Virus record (IMG/VR): IMGVR_UViG_3300009497_000003
Location: 1 to 34,832 of that record
Reading direction: 5' to 3' (one strand)
DNA from: a virus
DNA length: 34,832 nucleotides
Shown here: piece by piece, positions 6,797 to 15,485 of the stretch
Layout: every line of letters starts with the position of its first letter
How positions within the stretch are numbered: the first letter of the stretch is position 1
Notes under the pieces: generated by a model
What the model saw: the letters and a program-made list of their open reading frames with translations, nothing else
Told to the model about the DNA's origin: nothing
The model's database searches: none
Program-made: the position numbers and the translations under genes

Positions 6797-7476
6797 AGAC
6801 AAAGAGTATTCCTATCAAGGAAATAAAGCCGAACCCGAACAACCCAAGGTTGATAAAAAAAGATCGGTTCAATCGATTAAAAAAGTCAATCAAGCGCACT
6901 CCTTCATTCATGGAACTGAGGCCAGTCATTCTGGATAAGAACAATGTCATTCAAGGAGGAAACATGAGGTTGGCAGCTTGCAAGGACCTGAAATGGAAAC
7001 TCATTCCGGTTGATGTCTATACTGAAGAAAGGTATCAGCAGGATCTTGAAGCCAGAAGAGAAGAAGCAAAAGAAAATCAAGTCGAGTATGTTGATGAATC
7101 CTACGAAGATCTGTGTCGAGAATTTGTAATCAAAGACAACCACCACGAAGGTCAGTGGGACTACGATGTTCTTGCAAACGAATGGCCTGCAGAAACTTTG
7201 TTCGACATGGGAATTGAGATACCCGGAGTAGAGAACATTAAAAGCGACCAAGATTTTGAGGACCGCTTCAATAGAATGGGTGATGAAACAGCTTTATATC
7301 CAATTGCCCCAAGATTCGATGAGGACCATGAGTTGATTGTAATAGTTTGTGAAACTGAAATCGACTTGAACTGGATTCGGGAGCGTCTTGGTATGCAAAA
7401 GATGAAATCCTATAAACGAGCAGAAATAGCCAAGTCAAATGTTATTCATGTAAACGACCTGAAGAATGTCTTGTAA
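6793..7476 (+). CDS. ParB-like N-terminal (ParB/Srx nuclease-like) domain protein
   Basis: The sequence reads IPIKEIKPNPNNPRLI...LKKSIKRTPSF..PVILDKNNVIQGGNMRLAACKDLKW..IPVDV, followed by DNHHEGQWDYDVLANEW...DMGIEIPG. This resembles the ParB-domain modules usually fused to phage or plasmid DNA methylases. No methylase domain follows here. Confidence 0.7.
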   Translation: MKTKSIPIKEIKPNPNNPRLIKKDRFNRLKKSIKRTPSFMELRPVILDKNNVIQGGNMRLAACKDLKWKLIPVDVYTEERYQQDLEARREEAKENQVEYVDESYEDLCREFVIKDNHHEGQWDYDVLANEWPAETLFDMGIEIPGVENIKSDQDFEDRFNRMGDETALYPIAPRFDEDHELIVIVCETEIDLNWIRERLGMQKMKSYKRAEIAKSNVIHVNDLKNVL

Positions 7477-8206
7477 AATAGTAGTACCAAGCCACAACAG
7501 AGCCGACAGGGTGCTAACTACTGAAGTGATAGACTCACCTATCATTTGTGTAGAAAAGTCTCAGGAGGAAGCTTATAAAGAGTACAACCCAGACTGCGAA
7601 ATTGTAAGTCACCCAGATTCGGTGAGGGGATTGGTTCCCAAAAGGAACTGGATGTTGAATCATTTTGGAGATCTGTTCATGGTGGATGACGATTGTTTGT
7701 CCTTCAGGAAGATGTATGTTGACATGGGTGAACACCAGAAAGTTGACAGCAAAATGGAGGTCAACCAAAGAATCTTAGAGTTGTACGACTTAGCAAAGAC
7801 TCTTGGGGTTCACCTTTTCGGATTTACCAAGAACCCAAGGCCGGAACAATATCCAGTATTCAAGCCTTTCTCTATGAGCAATTGCATCAATGGAGGAGCG
7901 TATGGAGCCATACAAGGGGAACACGTTGTCTGGAACGAGGAGTTCAAGCTAAAAGAAGACTTCATGATATCTTGCTTAGTCAAGCACCACTACAGGAAGA
8001 TTCTCATTGATAACAGGTACAACTTTTCACACAGAGAAACTTTCAAAAGCACTGGAGGGTTGGCTGAAATCCGAAACCATGATGAAGAAATCAAGAACAT
8101 TCTAAGATTGAGAAAGTATTTTGGTGATGTAGTCAACCTAAAGAAGAACCGGATCAGTAGTAAGTTGGTAAAGAAATACGATGTCACGGTAAGATTCAAG
8201 TTTTGA
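7466..8206 (+). CDS. putative GT-A-fold glycosyltransferase-like protein (DxD)
   Basis: The N-terminal beta-strand/loop KIVVPSHNRADRV and the motif LFMVDDDC (DxD) look like nucleotide-sugar transferases, including the TET/JBP-associated GT-like proteins described in phages. The assignment is by eye only. The gene overlaps the ParB-like gene by 11 nt. Confidence 0.4.
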   Translation: MSCKIVVPSHNRADRVLTTEVIDSPIICVEKSQEEAYKEYNPDCEIVSHPDSVRGLVPKRNWMLNHFGDLFMVDDDCLSFRKMYVDMGEHQKVDSKMEVNQRILELYDLAKTLGVHLFGFTKNPRPEQYPVFKPFSMSNCINGGAYGAIQGEHVVWNEEFKLKEDFMISCLVKHHYRKILIDNRYNFSHRETFKSTGGLAEIRNHDEEIKNILRLRKYFGDVVNLKKNRISSKLVKKYDVTVRFKF

Positions 8207-8218
8207 AGTATCAATCAC

Positions 8219-8241
8219 TTTAGGATAAATGCCTATATTTC
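8219..8241 (+). promoter_or_regulatory. Bacteroidota-type promoter cassette (copy 4)
   Basis: The sequence is TTTAGGATAAATGCCTATATTTC. The -7-like box TATATTTC is at 8234-8241. The leader AGTCAATTACAAACAAACAAA precedes the ATG at 8263. Confidence 0.6.
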
Positions 8242-8262
8242 AGTCAATTACAAACAAACAAA

Positions 8263-8838
8263 ATGAACCTAAGAACAAAACGTGGATATGACTTTTACGA
8301 AGCTGCGAGTACACTTCAAAAAGCAATTAGACGAAACGATGTCAAAGTAGCAGGATTCTTTGCTCTGGAACTTTGGGAGTCAGGATACCGGAACTATGTC
8401 TGGAAAAGACTTTTCACAATTTCAGCCGAAGATCTTGGAGGGATGATCACCAAGGAAGTTGACGCCCTTTACCGGGGACATGAACTGGTCAATAAAAATG
8501 CCAAAGGACCCAAAGGAAGAATCTTTGTAAGCAAGGCAGTAATGTTGATGTGCCAGTGGCCAAAGAACAGGGACGCAGACCATCTGCAGAACTTTGTTTA
8601 CGACAAGTACATGGGACTCTCTGAAGAGGACATAGAAAAGCAACTGGATGAAGACAGGAAAGATCCTTTAATAGTTCCAGAATACGCCTTCGATGTTCAC
8701 ACGAAACGAGGAAAAATGATGGGCAAAACCAAAGCCGACTTCATAAAGGATGAGTATGAATGTTTGGACCCAAAACAACCCGGTCTATTCGATGAAATGG
8801 TGAATTGGGGATGGCCAAAGCCACATAAATTGAAGTAA
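8263..8838 (+). CDS. stand-alone RarA/MgsA C-terminal-domain (MgsA_C-like) protein, no ATPase domain
   Basis: [34 protein letters not shown]...[14 protein letters not shown] aligns by eye with the E. coli RarA segment [55 protein letters not shown] aligns with PKSNAVY, and [12 protein letters not shown] aligns with VHLRNAPTKLMKEMG. Confidence 0.65.
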   Translation: [191 protein letters not shown]

Positions 8839-8847
8839 TCCAATAAT

Positions 8848-9072
8848 ATGACAAAAGCAGATCAAACACCAGATAATGCGACTCATTTCCTAAAGTGTAG
8901 ACACGTTTACGGAGACAAAGCAATTGACTACCTTATGCCCTGTATTGTAGTCGGACGAAACAAGAGAACGAACATGACCAGAATACTTGTTTTCGGAAAT
9001 CGGTTCAAGGGAAACACTGAAAAGAAAAACTATAGGTATGTCCACCCAAATCAAATTGAGTTGAAGAAATGA
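8848..9072 (+). CDS. hypothetical protein (74 aa)
   Basis: ORF track entry with ATGA coupling to the next gene. Confidence 0.55.
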   Translation: MTKADQTPDNATHFLKCRHVYGDKAIDYLMPCIVVGRNKRTNMTRILVFGNRFKGNTEKKNYRYVHPNQIELKK

Positions 9073-9866
9073 ATGTAATCATTACAGGAAGCGAAGGCTT
9101 TATAGGTAAAAACCTACAGGAAAGGCTTGGGTTTCTTTTGGGTATTGGAATAATTGAAAACCTGAAAGTCCTCGGAATAGACATGAAAAATGGGGAAGAT
9201 GTAAACCTCATCGATATGTATGCCAACTTCAAACCAGACGTAATCATTCATTTAGCTGCAGAAGTATCGGTATGGAACCCGAATCATGAAATCATTGTCC
9301 ATAGCAACGTCCGGGGATTCATAGCCGCCTCACAATACGCAAGAGAAATTGGAGCAAAATTTATATACGCCAGTAGCAGTGCGGTCATTAAAAGAACCTC
9401 TCTTTACGGAATCAGTAAGCACATGAACGAAGAGTACTGCAGAATATACCACCCGGAAGCAATCGGCCTTCGATTTCACAACGTCTACGGACCACAACAG
9501 AGAACTTCGTCGCTTTTTGGCATCATTCAGTCAAAGAAGCCATTCAAGGTATTCAACTATGGACAGAACACCAGAACATTCACCCACGTTCACAATGTCT
9601 TAGACGCAATATTGTACTACATGGAAAACGATGGACCTCCAATTGTCTCAGTAATGAGTCCGGAAACATCGACAACACTGGAATTCGTGAAGGAGTGTGA
9701 AAACTACCTTTACCTTGACTATGAAGTAGTCCCTGAAGAGAGAGAGTTCGACGTTGTAGAACAGGCCATCGACCAAAATATACCTGTTTTCCAAAAAACG
9801 CAGTACCTTCGTATTGCAGAAGGAATCAGAGAGTCGCTTTATTCGAACTTAGATGAACAAAACTGA
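9069..9866 (+). CDS. NAD-dependent epimerase/dehydratase (extended SDR) family protein
   Basis: The Rossmann motif is IITGSEGFIGKNL. Other SDR features are the catalytic region ASSSAV, YGISKHMNEEY (YxxxK), RFHNVYGP and RTFTHVHNV. At 265 aa it is shorter than typical GalE-like enzymes. Confidence 0.75.
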   Translation: MNVIITGSEGFIGKNLQERLGFLLGIGIIENLKVLGIDMKNGEDVNLIDMYANFKPDVIIHLAAEVSVWNPNHEIIVHSNVRGFIAASQYAREIGAKFIYASSSAVIKRTSLYGISKHMNEEYCRIYHPEAIGLRFHNVYGPQQRTSSLFGIIQSKKPFKVFNYGQNTRTFTHVHNVLDAILYYMENDGPPIVSVMSPETSTTLEFVKECENYLYLDYEVVPEEREFDVVEQAIDQNIPVFQKTQYLRIAEGIRESLYSNLDEQN

Positions 9867-10230
9867 ACATCATAAAAAGGCAATGCTTGAAGCACTTGAA
9901 AAGTCTTTGGGAATTGTCACATCAGCTTGCCGTTCGGCAGGAGTTGGAAGGACTCAGCACTACAATTGGTTGAAAGACGATCCAGCCTATAAAGCAGAAG
10001 TAGAATCAATCTCAGATATAGCACTGGACTTTGCTGAGACAGAATTGCACAAGCGTATTAGGGACCAAGACACAACGGCTATAATTTTTTACCTGAAGAC
10101 AAAAGGAAGAAAGCGTGGTTATGTTGAACGACTTGATCATGGTCTGGCCGACCTACCACCGAGTAAGATTGTCATTGAAATTTCGGGTGAAATGCCTGAC
10201 ATTAAAGACAACTTAGATTCGGATGAGTAA
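9853..10230 (+). CDS. terS: terminase small subunit (HTH type)
   Basis: The sequence SACRSAGVGRTQHYNWLKDDPAYKAEVE...ETELHKRIRDQDTTAIIFYLKTKGRKRGYVE is the common HTH small-terminase pattern. The gene lies immediately upstream of the large terminase. Confidence 0.75.
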   Translation: MNKTEHHKKAMLEALEKSLGIVTSACRSAGVGRTQHYNWLKDDPAYKAEVESISDIALDFAETELHKRIRDQDTTAIIFYLKTKGRKRGYVERLDHGLADLPPSKIVIEISGEMPDIKDNLDSDE

Positions 10231-11425
10231 GATAGCTTTAAGCACGACTCCAATCTTTCATGCGAATTACGACCCACCAGAAGGAGTTGAAACAATAATC
10301 AACAGGGGAGGTACTTCCTCAGGCAAAACTATCGCCATCCTTCAGGCTATCTTTGTAACCCTTCACAACGACCCCGGAAGTCTTTGTACTGTAGTTGGAC
10401 AAGACATTCCAAACCTGAAAGTTGGTGCCATGCGTGACTGCGAAAACATCATAGCTTCCAGTCCTTTGATTAAATCCTTCCTGTATGGACCATTCAACAA
10501 AAGCGATAAGTTTTATCGTTTCAAATCCGGATCAATGTTGGAGTTCAAATCCTATGAGGATGAACAAGACGCCAAAAACGGAAAACGTCAGTATGCTTTC
10601 TTCAATGAGGTAAATGGAGTTAAAAAAGGGATATTCACTCAGGTACAAATGAGAACGAGTAAAGTGGTTTGGATGGACTTCAACCCTTCAAGTGACTTTT
10701 GGCTAATGGAAGATCATTGGGAGCAAAGGCCGGGAGTACGGACCGTTGTTTCTACCTACAGGAACAATAGGTTCATTGACCCAAGTGTGAGGCGAAGAAT
10801 TGAAAGTTATGAGCCCACAGAGAAAAACATAAGAAACGGAACAGCCAATGAATATTTGTGGAAAGTTTATGGACTTGGAGAGTTTGCTCCACTGGAGGGG
10901 GCCATCTTCACAAACTGGAAGCGTGGTACTTGGGACAATAGCTTGCCCTACATTTATGGAGTCGATTGGGGGACCTCAGATCCAACCGTCTTGCTAAAAG
11001 TGGCAATCAATGAAAAGTCCAAAAAAATCTACATACAGCAATTAATCTACAAACCCACCAAGTCTGCAAGTGAGATCAAAAAGTTATTTACAGCGCACGT
11101 TCCAAATAGGGAAGACCTAATGATAGCTGATAGTTCTGAGTTGCACATTATCAACGAACTGAGGACCAAGCAAGCCGATGGAGTTTGGTTCAATTGCCAA
11201 CCTGCTTTTAAGCGAGGAGGAATTGTGAAGGAAAGAATAAAGTGGATAAATGACTACCAGATAATTCTTTGCGGTCCATGTCCGGATGTCGAGAAAGAAT
11301 TGAACAACTATGTTTGGGCCGACACAAAGGCAAAGCTTCCCATAGATCTCTGGAATCATGCGATGGATGCCCTCGGTTATGTGATGACCTACTGGAGGTT
11401 GAATGTAGTTCGTGGTAGAAGTTGA
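10223..11425 (+). CDS. terL: terminase large subunit
   Basis: The Walker A motif is RGGTSSGKT. The size (400 aa), the C-terminal nuclease-like region (DWGTSDP...ADSSE...NHAMDALGY) and the position between terS and portal all fit. Confidence 0.85.
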   Translation: MSKIALSTTPIFHANYDPPEGVETIINRGGTSSGKTIAILQAIFVTLHNDPGSLCTVVGQDIPNLKVGAMRDCENIIASSPLIKSFLYGPFNKSDKFYRFKSGSMLEFKSYEDEQDAKNGKRQYAFFNEVNGVKKGIFTQVQMRTSKVVWMDFNPSSDFWLMEDHWEQRPGVRTVVSTYRNNRFIDPSVRRRIESYEPTEKNIRNGTANEYLWKVYGLGEFAPLEGAIFTNWKRGTWDNSLPYIYGVDWGTSDPTVLLKVAINEKSKKIYIQQLIYKPTKSASEIKKLFTAHVPNREDLMIADSSELHIINELRTKQADGVWFNCQPAFKRGGIVKERIKWINDYQIILCGPCPDVEKELNNYVWADTKAKLPIDLWNHAMDALGYVMTYWRLNVVRGRS

Positions 11426-11435
11426 TTTCATTTAC

Positions 11436-11443
11436 TAAATTTG
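11436..11443 (+). promoter_or_regulatory. possible -7 box (TAAATTTG) upstream of portal gene
   Basis: An exact TAnnTTTG match lies in the 34-nt spacer, 16 nt before the ATG at 11460. There is no good -33 element. Confidence 0.3.
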
Positions 11444-11459
11444 CTGAAACCGGAACGCG

Positions 11460-12782
11460 ATGAATTTACTCCTAAAGGCAGGTCAAAGAATAGAAGCTTT
11501 CAAATCTTACCTTAGTTGGTCAAGGTCTACAGAAGCCACAGGAGGAGAACAGCGAACTTTCTACAGCCTTACTGATATAGCCAACATTTTCGGTGGTTCC
11601 GGCTCTAAGATGACCGACGCAAACGCCATCAACAACGGATATTCAAAAAACAATTCATGGTACTCAATAGTCACCAAAGTTGCCAGAGGAGTAGCTTCAC
11701 TTCCTGTTACACTATACACGATTGATGGTGAGGAAAAAACAAAAGTTGACCAAGGCGAGTTGTATGACTTGATATTCAACCCAAATCAAAATCAAAGTTT
11801 CCGGGAACTTTCAGAGGAGCAAATGATTTACCTTTCAAACAATGGTGAAGCATATTACTACTTGGACAGGGGGGCTTCCTTTGGTGGGAAAGTGAAAAGA
11901 ATTATTAGCCTCCCTCCAGAAGTGATGACTGTGCTGAAGTCAAGCAAAAGTATTTTGAGTGAGGTTACTGGATACGAAATGAGGGATGGCTCATCAAACC
12001 ATAAGTTTTTACCTGAAGAGATTCTTCACATTGTCTATCCAAATCCAACGCTAATTGGAAAGAGGACCAATAATGGTCTTTCACCTTTGGAAGCAGGTAA
12101 CTACAAGATCAATGCTTCAAACAACAACGCGATAGCACAGGCAGCCTACTTCGCAAATAGAGGAGTTTCAAATCTTGTATCAAGTGATGGTGGATCTTCT
12201 GGTTTGTCCATGACTCCACAGGATGAAGAAGCATTAGCCAGAGCAGACAAGGTAAAGTTTGGTGGTGCCGAAAAAATGGGTTCCATTGTCACCATACCAA
12301 CACCAGTAAAAGTTCATCAACTTGGGTCAAGTTCAAGTGACATGGAAATGTTGGGACACGATAAGCAATACCTGAGAGATCTATGTAATTTACTATTCAT
12401 GCCCTCAGAGTTGTTCAACGATCCGGACAATAAGACTCATGCCAACAGAAAAGAAGCAGTTAAAACAGCCTACAATGATGTCTTCATACCTAATTGTCAG
12501 TTGTTACTGGATGGTTATATGAGAACAATCATTTCCTTTTACAGCAAGGCGCATGGTTCTAACTACAGCCTCCAGATTGACTATGACAAAATAGATGCCC
12601 TGAAGCCGGACCCACTTGCTTTGAGAGAGTTGCTGATTAAAGAAGTTGACTCTGGAATCAAGACACCAAACGAAGCAAGGTTGTTGGCTGGTGATGAATT
12701 GCACCCAGATGAACTGATGGATGTTCCTCGAATTAGAAACAACTATGTATCAATCACAGAAGTAGATGGACCCAAAGAGTAA
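11460..12782 (+). CDS. portal protein (HK97-like family)
   Basis: 440 aa, located directly after terL and before the prohead protease and capsid genes. The sequence is compatible with Phage_portal-type proteins. Confidence 0.8.
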   Translation: MNLLLKAGQRIEAFKSYLSWSRSTEATGGEQRTFYSLTDIANIFGGSGSKMTDANAINNGYSKNNSWYSIVTKVARGVASLPVTLYTIDGEEKTKVDQGELYDLIFNPNQNQSFRELSEEQMIYLSNNGEAYYYLDRGASFGGKVKRIISLPPEVMTVLKSSKSILSEVTGYEMRDGSSNHKFLPEEILHIVYPNPTLIGKRTNNGLSPLEAGNYKINASNNNAIAQAAYFANRGVSNLVSSDGGSSGLSMTPQDEEALARADKVKFGGAEKMGSIVTIPTPVKVHQLGSSSSDMEMLGHDKQYLRDLCNLLFMPSELFNDPDNKTHANRKEAVKTAYNDVFIPNCQLLLDGYMRTIISFYSKAHGSNYSLQIDYDKIDALKPDPLALRELLIKEVDSGIKTPNEARLLAGDELHPDELMDVPRIRNNYVSITEVDGPKE

Positions 12783-12875
12783 AGACAAAAAGAAGCCAAA
12801 GGTGGATCTCGATAAACTTGCAAAGAGTATTGAGTTGAAATCAAAGATATTAGCCCAATCCAAAATTGTGAGAAA

Positions 12876-13763
12876 ATGAAGTTACCAGAATTCAAGACAC
12901 AGAAAGACCTGTTCAAGCATCTGCGAGAAAACAAAACCAGACTCATTGGGCTGAAGAAAGCACAGATTAAACTTTGTGACAACATTTTGTCAGATCCTAC
13001 TGGTTTGGAGTTAAAGGGCATGCCTGCAAGTTATCCAGATGACACCGACGAAATGATTACAAGGTCCATAGTCGGAAACACTTATGGTTGGATGGATTCA
13101 CACGACGATGTTCACATCAAAGGTATTTTCACCAAATCAATAAACGAGTCAGGCCACAAGGTTATGCACCTTCATGACCATGTTCACCAATTGGACGCTG
13201 AAGTGGGTGACAACCTGAAAGTTTATGAAACCGAAATAGAGTGGAAAGAAGTTGGCCATGACTCTACAGGAAAGGCCACAGCTTTAGTGATGGATACCGA
13301 AATCCGGAAGGAGTATAACCCTCGTATTTTTCAGAAGTACAAAAAGGGACAGATTGATCAACATTCGGTTGGTATGCAGTATGTGGACATATTCCTTTGC
13401 CTCAATGACAAGGATGACAAAGAGCATTATGGCAACTGGAAAAACTACATCGATGAAGTCAAGAACTCAGAAGTTGCAGAGGAGCAAGGTTACTTTTGGG
13501 CAGTCACCACAGCTAAGTTGATTGAGATCTCCTGCGTTATAAGAGGTTCAAATGAACTCACCCCTACAATGGGGAATAAAACAGCCTTAGGGGGCTTCGA
13601 ATTCGCTCAAAAATTAGTGAATGAAATCGATGACCTTGCAGTTGTCAAAAGAATTGCTGAACTTTGTTCACTTGAATACGGAATAGAGCCGGAAGTTCCA
13701 CTCTCTCCAGAGCCGCCAAAAAGCACTCAATCAAAATCACTTTATCAATTCATCAAATACTAA
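12876..13763 (+). CDS. prohead (head maturation) protease, HK97/S78-like
   Basis: It lies between the portal and major capsid genes. The segment GNTYGWMDSHDDVHIKGIFTKSI...HLHDHVHQLDAEVG resembles the conserved core of prohead proteases. Confidence 0.6.
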   Translation: MKLPEFKTQKDLFKHLRENKTRLIGLKKAQIKLCDNILSDPTGLELKGMPASYPDDTDEMITRSIVGNTYGWMDSHDDVHIKGIFTKSINESGHKVMHLHDHVHQLDAEVGDNLKVYETEIEWKEVGHDSTGKATALVMDTEIRKEYNPRIFQKYKKGQIDQHSVGMQYVDIFLCLNDKDDKEHYGNWKNYIDEVKNSEVAEEQGYFWAVTTAKLIEISCVIRGSNELTPTMGNKTALGGFEFAQKLVNEIDDLAVVKRIAELCSLEYGIEPEVPLSPEPPKSTQSKSLYQFIKY

Positions 13764-13768
13764 AAATC

Positions 13769-15169
13769 GTGAAAAATTTGAAATTTATTTTATCAGTTGC
13801 TCTGATGGTGGCCTTCGTTGGTTCATTTGCATTTGGAGCAGAATCCTACGACATCATGACTGCTTCAGCAGCTTTGTCTGTAGTATCATTCCCGGATTGG
13901 CTACAAGAAGCCCACAAAATGACCGAAACCGAACTAAAGGCACAGGACAATGTGGAAGCACTTGCAGAGAAATACAATGAGTACAATTCAGTTTGGAAAT
14001 CAGCAGTTAAAGACGCCCTCGAAAACAAAGTTGAGGCCAATGATATCGCCAAATTGCGTAATGACTTCACCGACTCTATTGCAAAACAAGCCGGAGAAAT
14101 GAATGTTATTCTTGAAAAGCATGGAGTTGCTTTGACTCAGATCTTGAAGGGTAACACTTCAAAAGGAGCAGTATCATTCACTGAAAGCTTGAAAGAAGCT
14201 TTAACCGAAAACTTGGATCAGCTTAAAAACATCAAGGAAACTAAGTCACGCGACTCTGTAACCTTGAAGGCAGTTGGACCTATCACCAGACCACTTTCTG
14301 TAACTGGACAAGTACCAGTAGAAGACCGCATGGAAGGTATGGATCAACTTGCTCGAAGACAAGTACGCCTTTTGGATGTAATGAGTCGTCGAGGAACAAC
14401 TTCGAATCTTGTTTCTTGGGTTAGCCAAGTAGCAGGTGAAGGAACAGCAGGTCAAACTGCAGAAGGTTCAGCCAAAAATCAAGTTGATTGGGACATCGTA
14501 GTAAACAGCGAAAGCCTTAAAACTACAACCGCCTTCATCAAAGTTTCTACTCAAATGTTAGATGATGTCTCTTGGATGCAATCTGAAATTGAGTCAGATC
14601 TTATGTTGCGTGTAGCCTTGGCTCTTGAAACACAAGTTTTGACTGGGGATGACTCAGGAGAAAACCACAACGGACTGGAGACGGTTGCTGAAGGATTTAC
14701 AGGTGCAGCTTATGCAGGTCAAGTGCCAGAAGCAAACATTCTGGATGTTGCTGTAATTTCACTTGGTCAAATTGCTGAGAACGAACATACAGCAGTGCGC
14801 CCCTACATTTTCATGCACCCTTCACAAATCACTGGACTGAAACTTTCAAAGGTTGGTGGAACAGATGGACGTTACAATATGAGATTGGTAGATGCAGCAG
14901 GTCAGTTGTCTTTGGATGGTGTGCCAATTATTTCTACAACCTTAATCGCAGCAAACGAATTGTTTGTTGGTGCTATGGAAAACGCCATTCTCGTAATGAA
15001 TGATTCAATATCCATCGATGTAGGTTTGGATGCTGATGACTTTTCCAAGAACCTCAGAACCGTTCTCTGTGAAGTTCGCGCATTGACTATCGTTAAGAAC
15101 AACAAACGTAATAGCATGATCTATTGCCCAAGTGTTTCTGTAGCGATTGCAGCCCTCGAAACTCCATAA
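13769..15169 (+). CDS. major capsid protein, HK97 family (start uncertain: GTG 13769, ATG 13805/13856/13919)
   Basis: There is a delta-domain-like coiled coil after MTETELKAQDN. The HK97-type core reads RRQVRLLDVMSRRGTTSNLVSW...EGSAKNQVDW...TTTAFIKVSTQMLDDVSW...LETQVLTGDDSGENHNGL. A strong terminator lies downstream. Confidence 0.9.
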   Translation: MKNLKFILSVALMVAFVGSFAFGAESYDIMTASAALSVVSFPDWLQEAHKMTETELKAQDNVEALAEKYNEYNSVWKSAVKDALENKVEANDIAKLRNDFTDSIAKQAGEMNVILEKHGVALTQILKGNTSKGAVSFTESLKEALTENLDQLKNIKETKSRDSVTLKAVGPITRPLSVTGQVPVEDRMEGMDQLARRQVRLLDVMSRRGTTSNLVSWVSQVAGEGTAGQTAEGSAKNQVDWDIVVNSESLKTTTAFIKVSTQMLDDVSWMQSEIESDLMLRVALALETQVLTGDDSGENHNGLETVAEGFTGAAYAGQVPEANILDVAVISLGQIAENEHTAVRPYIFMHPSQITGLKLSKVGGTDGRYNMRLVDAAGQLSLDGVPIISTTLIAANELFVGAMENAILVMNDSISIDVGLDADDFSKNLRTVLCEVRALTIVKNNKRNSMIYCPSVSVAIAALETP

Positions 15170-15193
15170 GAGTTTACATGAATAAAGGAAATA

Positions 15194-15225
15194 GGCTCGG
15201 CATTTGTCGGGCCTTTTCTTTTTTG
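15194..15225 (+). terminator. intrinsic terminator after major capsid gene
   Basis: The stem is GGCTCGG / TCGGGCC (15194-15213) with a short loop. It is followed by TTTTCTTTTTT. Confidence 0.75.
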
Positions 15226-15257
15226 TACTTTAGCTGAAATTTATAAAACTCAATACG

Positions 15258-15434
15258 ATGGCAAAATCGAAGAATTCAAAAAAAGCACAAGTAGAAGTTT
15301 ATGGCATCAAATCTCCAGATGGAAAGCCGCAACATCTTAAAGTTGGTCAAAAATACCTCGTCGATGAATGGCAAGCAGAGTCAATGATCAAGAATAAACA
15401 GGCATCAAAGACGAAACCTGCAGCTTCGAAGTAA
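15258..15434 (+). CDS. hypothetical Lys-rich small protein (58 aa, MAKSKNSKKAQVEVYGIKSPDGKPQHLKVGQKYLV...)
   Basis: Hand-translated ORF that fills the space between two intrinsic terminators. It is below the track cut-off. Confidence 0.45.
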   Translation: MAKSKNSKKAQVEVYGIKSPDGKPQHLKVGQKYLVDEWQAESMIKNKQASKTKPAASK

Positions 15435-15455
15435 AAAAACTTTTAGTCTGGAAAG

Positions 15456-15485
15456 CCCTGAGATTCGTTCTCGGGGTTTTTTTTT
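15456..15485 (+). terminator. intrinsic terminator
   Basis: The stem is CCCTGAGA (15456-15463) / TCTCGGGG (15469-15476) with loop TTCGT. Nine T residues follow. Confidence 0.8.
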
